From: Rhizodiscina lignyota
Lineage: Eukaryota
Assembly (NCBI GenBank): GCA_010015805.1
Contig: ML978124.1
Coordinates: 1,860,001-1,924,000 of the forward strand
Reading direction: 5' to 3'
DNA: 64,000 bases
Shown: positions 62,223-64,000 of the stretch, one piece after another
Layout of the letters: every line of letters starts with the position of its first letter
Position numbering within the stretch: position 1 is the first letter of the stretch
The notes under the pieces: model-generated
Seen by the model: only the letters and a program-made list of their open reading frames with translations
The model's database searches: none
What the model was told of the DNA's origin: nothing
Program-made: the position numbers and the translations under genes

Positions 62223-64000
62223 TTTGAGCTAGGTATTCGAATTTCTGATTGCTTTTTGAAGAGGATTTACTGGAGAAGTCGAGGAGGGCGATGGTGGGGT
62301 ATTTGTAGTCAGGAAATTGTTGAGGCAATGGCGGTCGGGCGGCGTGTGGAGATGACGAACTCCGACGAAAGAGAAGTAGAAATGAGCGACCGCGTGATTG
62401 TTCTACCTTGTCTGGACTTAGGCGAACAGTGAGACAGTTGAGGACGCCAATGTAGCGTGCGATAGCGCGTGTTGCCTTGGCTGTTTGCAATTCGCTCGAG
62501 CCCTGACGTGCTTTGGTCCTATCGCCGCTGCAGAGGGCGGTGGCGGTGAGTCGTTAAGCCGAAAAGTGGGCTTCTTGGCTTATCTCGTGACGAGGGCTCG
62601 GTACCGAAAGCAAAGCGCGGTTGAAGGCAAAAGAATGAGGAAGAGAGAATACTTATAAGGAGGAGTATCAAACAGTGAGGTGACCTATAAGGGATGACGT
62701 GCGTCTATGGTTTGGCGTGAACCGACTTCAAGACTATCTGAGGCCAGCCAGCCAATAGCATGCGCCCGTTTGCCCTTGGGCCGGGCCACACGAGGTAAAG
62801 TCGGAAGCATTAGCACGAAAACGGTCGAACTATAACACTGCTTAAAAGGACATGCCAGGTGTAGCCGCGTGTAGATCGAGTCTGGGGTAACGTCTTCCGA
62901 CTGTCCACGCTCTTAAGATTTGCTCGATAATGACTTTGGATCTATTGGACGATCCCAATGAATGGTGGAGCAGACAAAGGCAATAGGGAAATCGCAGCAA
63001 ACACGTTTACTGACAATAAGTGACAGTGGTACACTTGAAGAGATGATCCGCAGATGCACATACCTGGAGCCGAGATGTACAACCCAATGCGATACTCTCA
63101 AACAACAATGTGGCCAGATCCCCGCGACGCTGACGAGCAACAAGCCATTTTTACCCCGCGATTGCACGATCCGTCAGCTTGACGGGACCCGAGGTCGGGT
63201 CTAATCAGCCACGAGTGTAAGAGAGTTCAAGTGGGTGGGTTGGTTGGCCGTCCTTTTATCGGATACTGCTCAACTGTGCTGGCTCCGGGTTGTTTTCGAG
63301 GCTCTCTGCAGGGCTGAAAACTGGTTGCCGAGGCTAAGCGGGAACATGCATACAGGTCATTATAGTGTCGGCCGTGCTCAAGGTCGGTGCAGGCTGGAGG
63401 AAGATTAAGGCGGGCTCCTGGCAGGTTTGAACGCGTGGTTGGAGCTCGGCGGAGCAGAAGAATGCTCCTTAATCTTGGTGCAATCATCCAATCAATCCGG
63501 TGTAGTTTGCGTCAGAAGGAACATAGTGCTTTGGGTGCATGCAGCGATGAGTGGCTTGCGAAAACAGTCCGGCTGGGCCTTTTAGCGAGCGTACGTGTAT
63601 TGGAATCATTCAACTCTCCATGTCGAATCTGATAGGACGTAGATATTGGCTGCATTGGAGCTTCGTTTGGTGGGGAAACTCTCCGACAGGGACAAGCGGG
63701 AAGATCTGCTATGCCCAAGACAGTAGCGCGCTCTTCACCCAGCGAGTCAGTCACTTAGGCTCTGAGCGTGAGCCACGGAATCCTGACGTATCCAGCCCTT
63801 CAGCCCAACTGTCGCCGCATTTGCCTATTTTTGTGATTTGACTTTCATTGCCGTTTCACATCCACGTGTGAGCTTCCGCGACGCCGCTATTCGCAATCCG
63901 TTTACGCTGGGTATCAAGTCGCTGTGAGACACTGGGGTGGCTAGCAATTGAGCAAGGTTGGGCATAATACTCCGCCGCAAGTCAAATCGTACGATGCGCC

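Overview
Eukaryotic, intron-containing DNA from a filamentous ascomycete (Pezizomycotina; Dothideomycete-like by impression only). It contains about 25 intact genes and 3 relics. Conserved housekeeping genes are phosphoketolase, rad1, OST5, GCN5, TOA1, RPL20, CSN12, a BTB protein and a large-subunit catalase. An accessory metabolic block lies at ~7-28 kb. Its core (13.9-27.8 kb) looks like an uncharacterised co-regulated catabolic cluster: a decayed SSADH-like aldehyde dehydrogenase, two Zn alcohol dehydrogenases, a Zn2Cys6 regulator, a PTS1-bearing acyl-CoA ligase, an SCP2-like/alpha-beta hydrolase fusion and an ACS-family MFS permease. Three of its promoters share a GGCGGAGWAAA motif. Other signals: a 77-bp duplication whose substitutions are synonymous over a 19-aa minus-strand peptide; GC-AG introns inside a Zn cluster and splitting the heme-ligating Cys codon of a peroxygenase; a structured RPL20 intron with a possible poison acceptor; a CAR-type A domain lacking T/R domains; and a two-gene L-rhamnose pair. 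All calls are by eye from motifs; no database searches were run.
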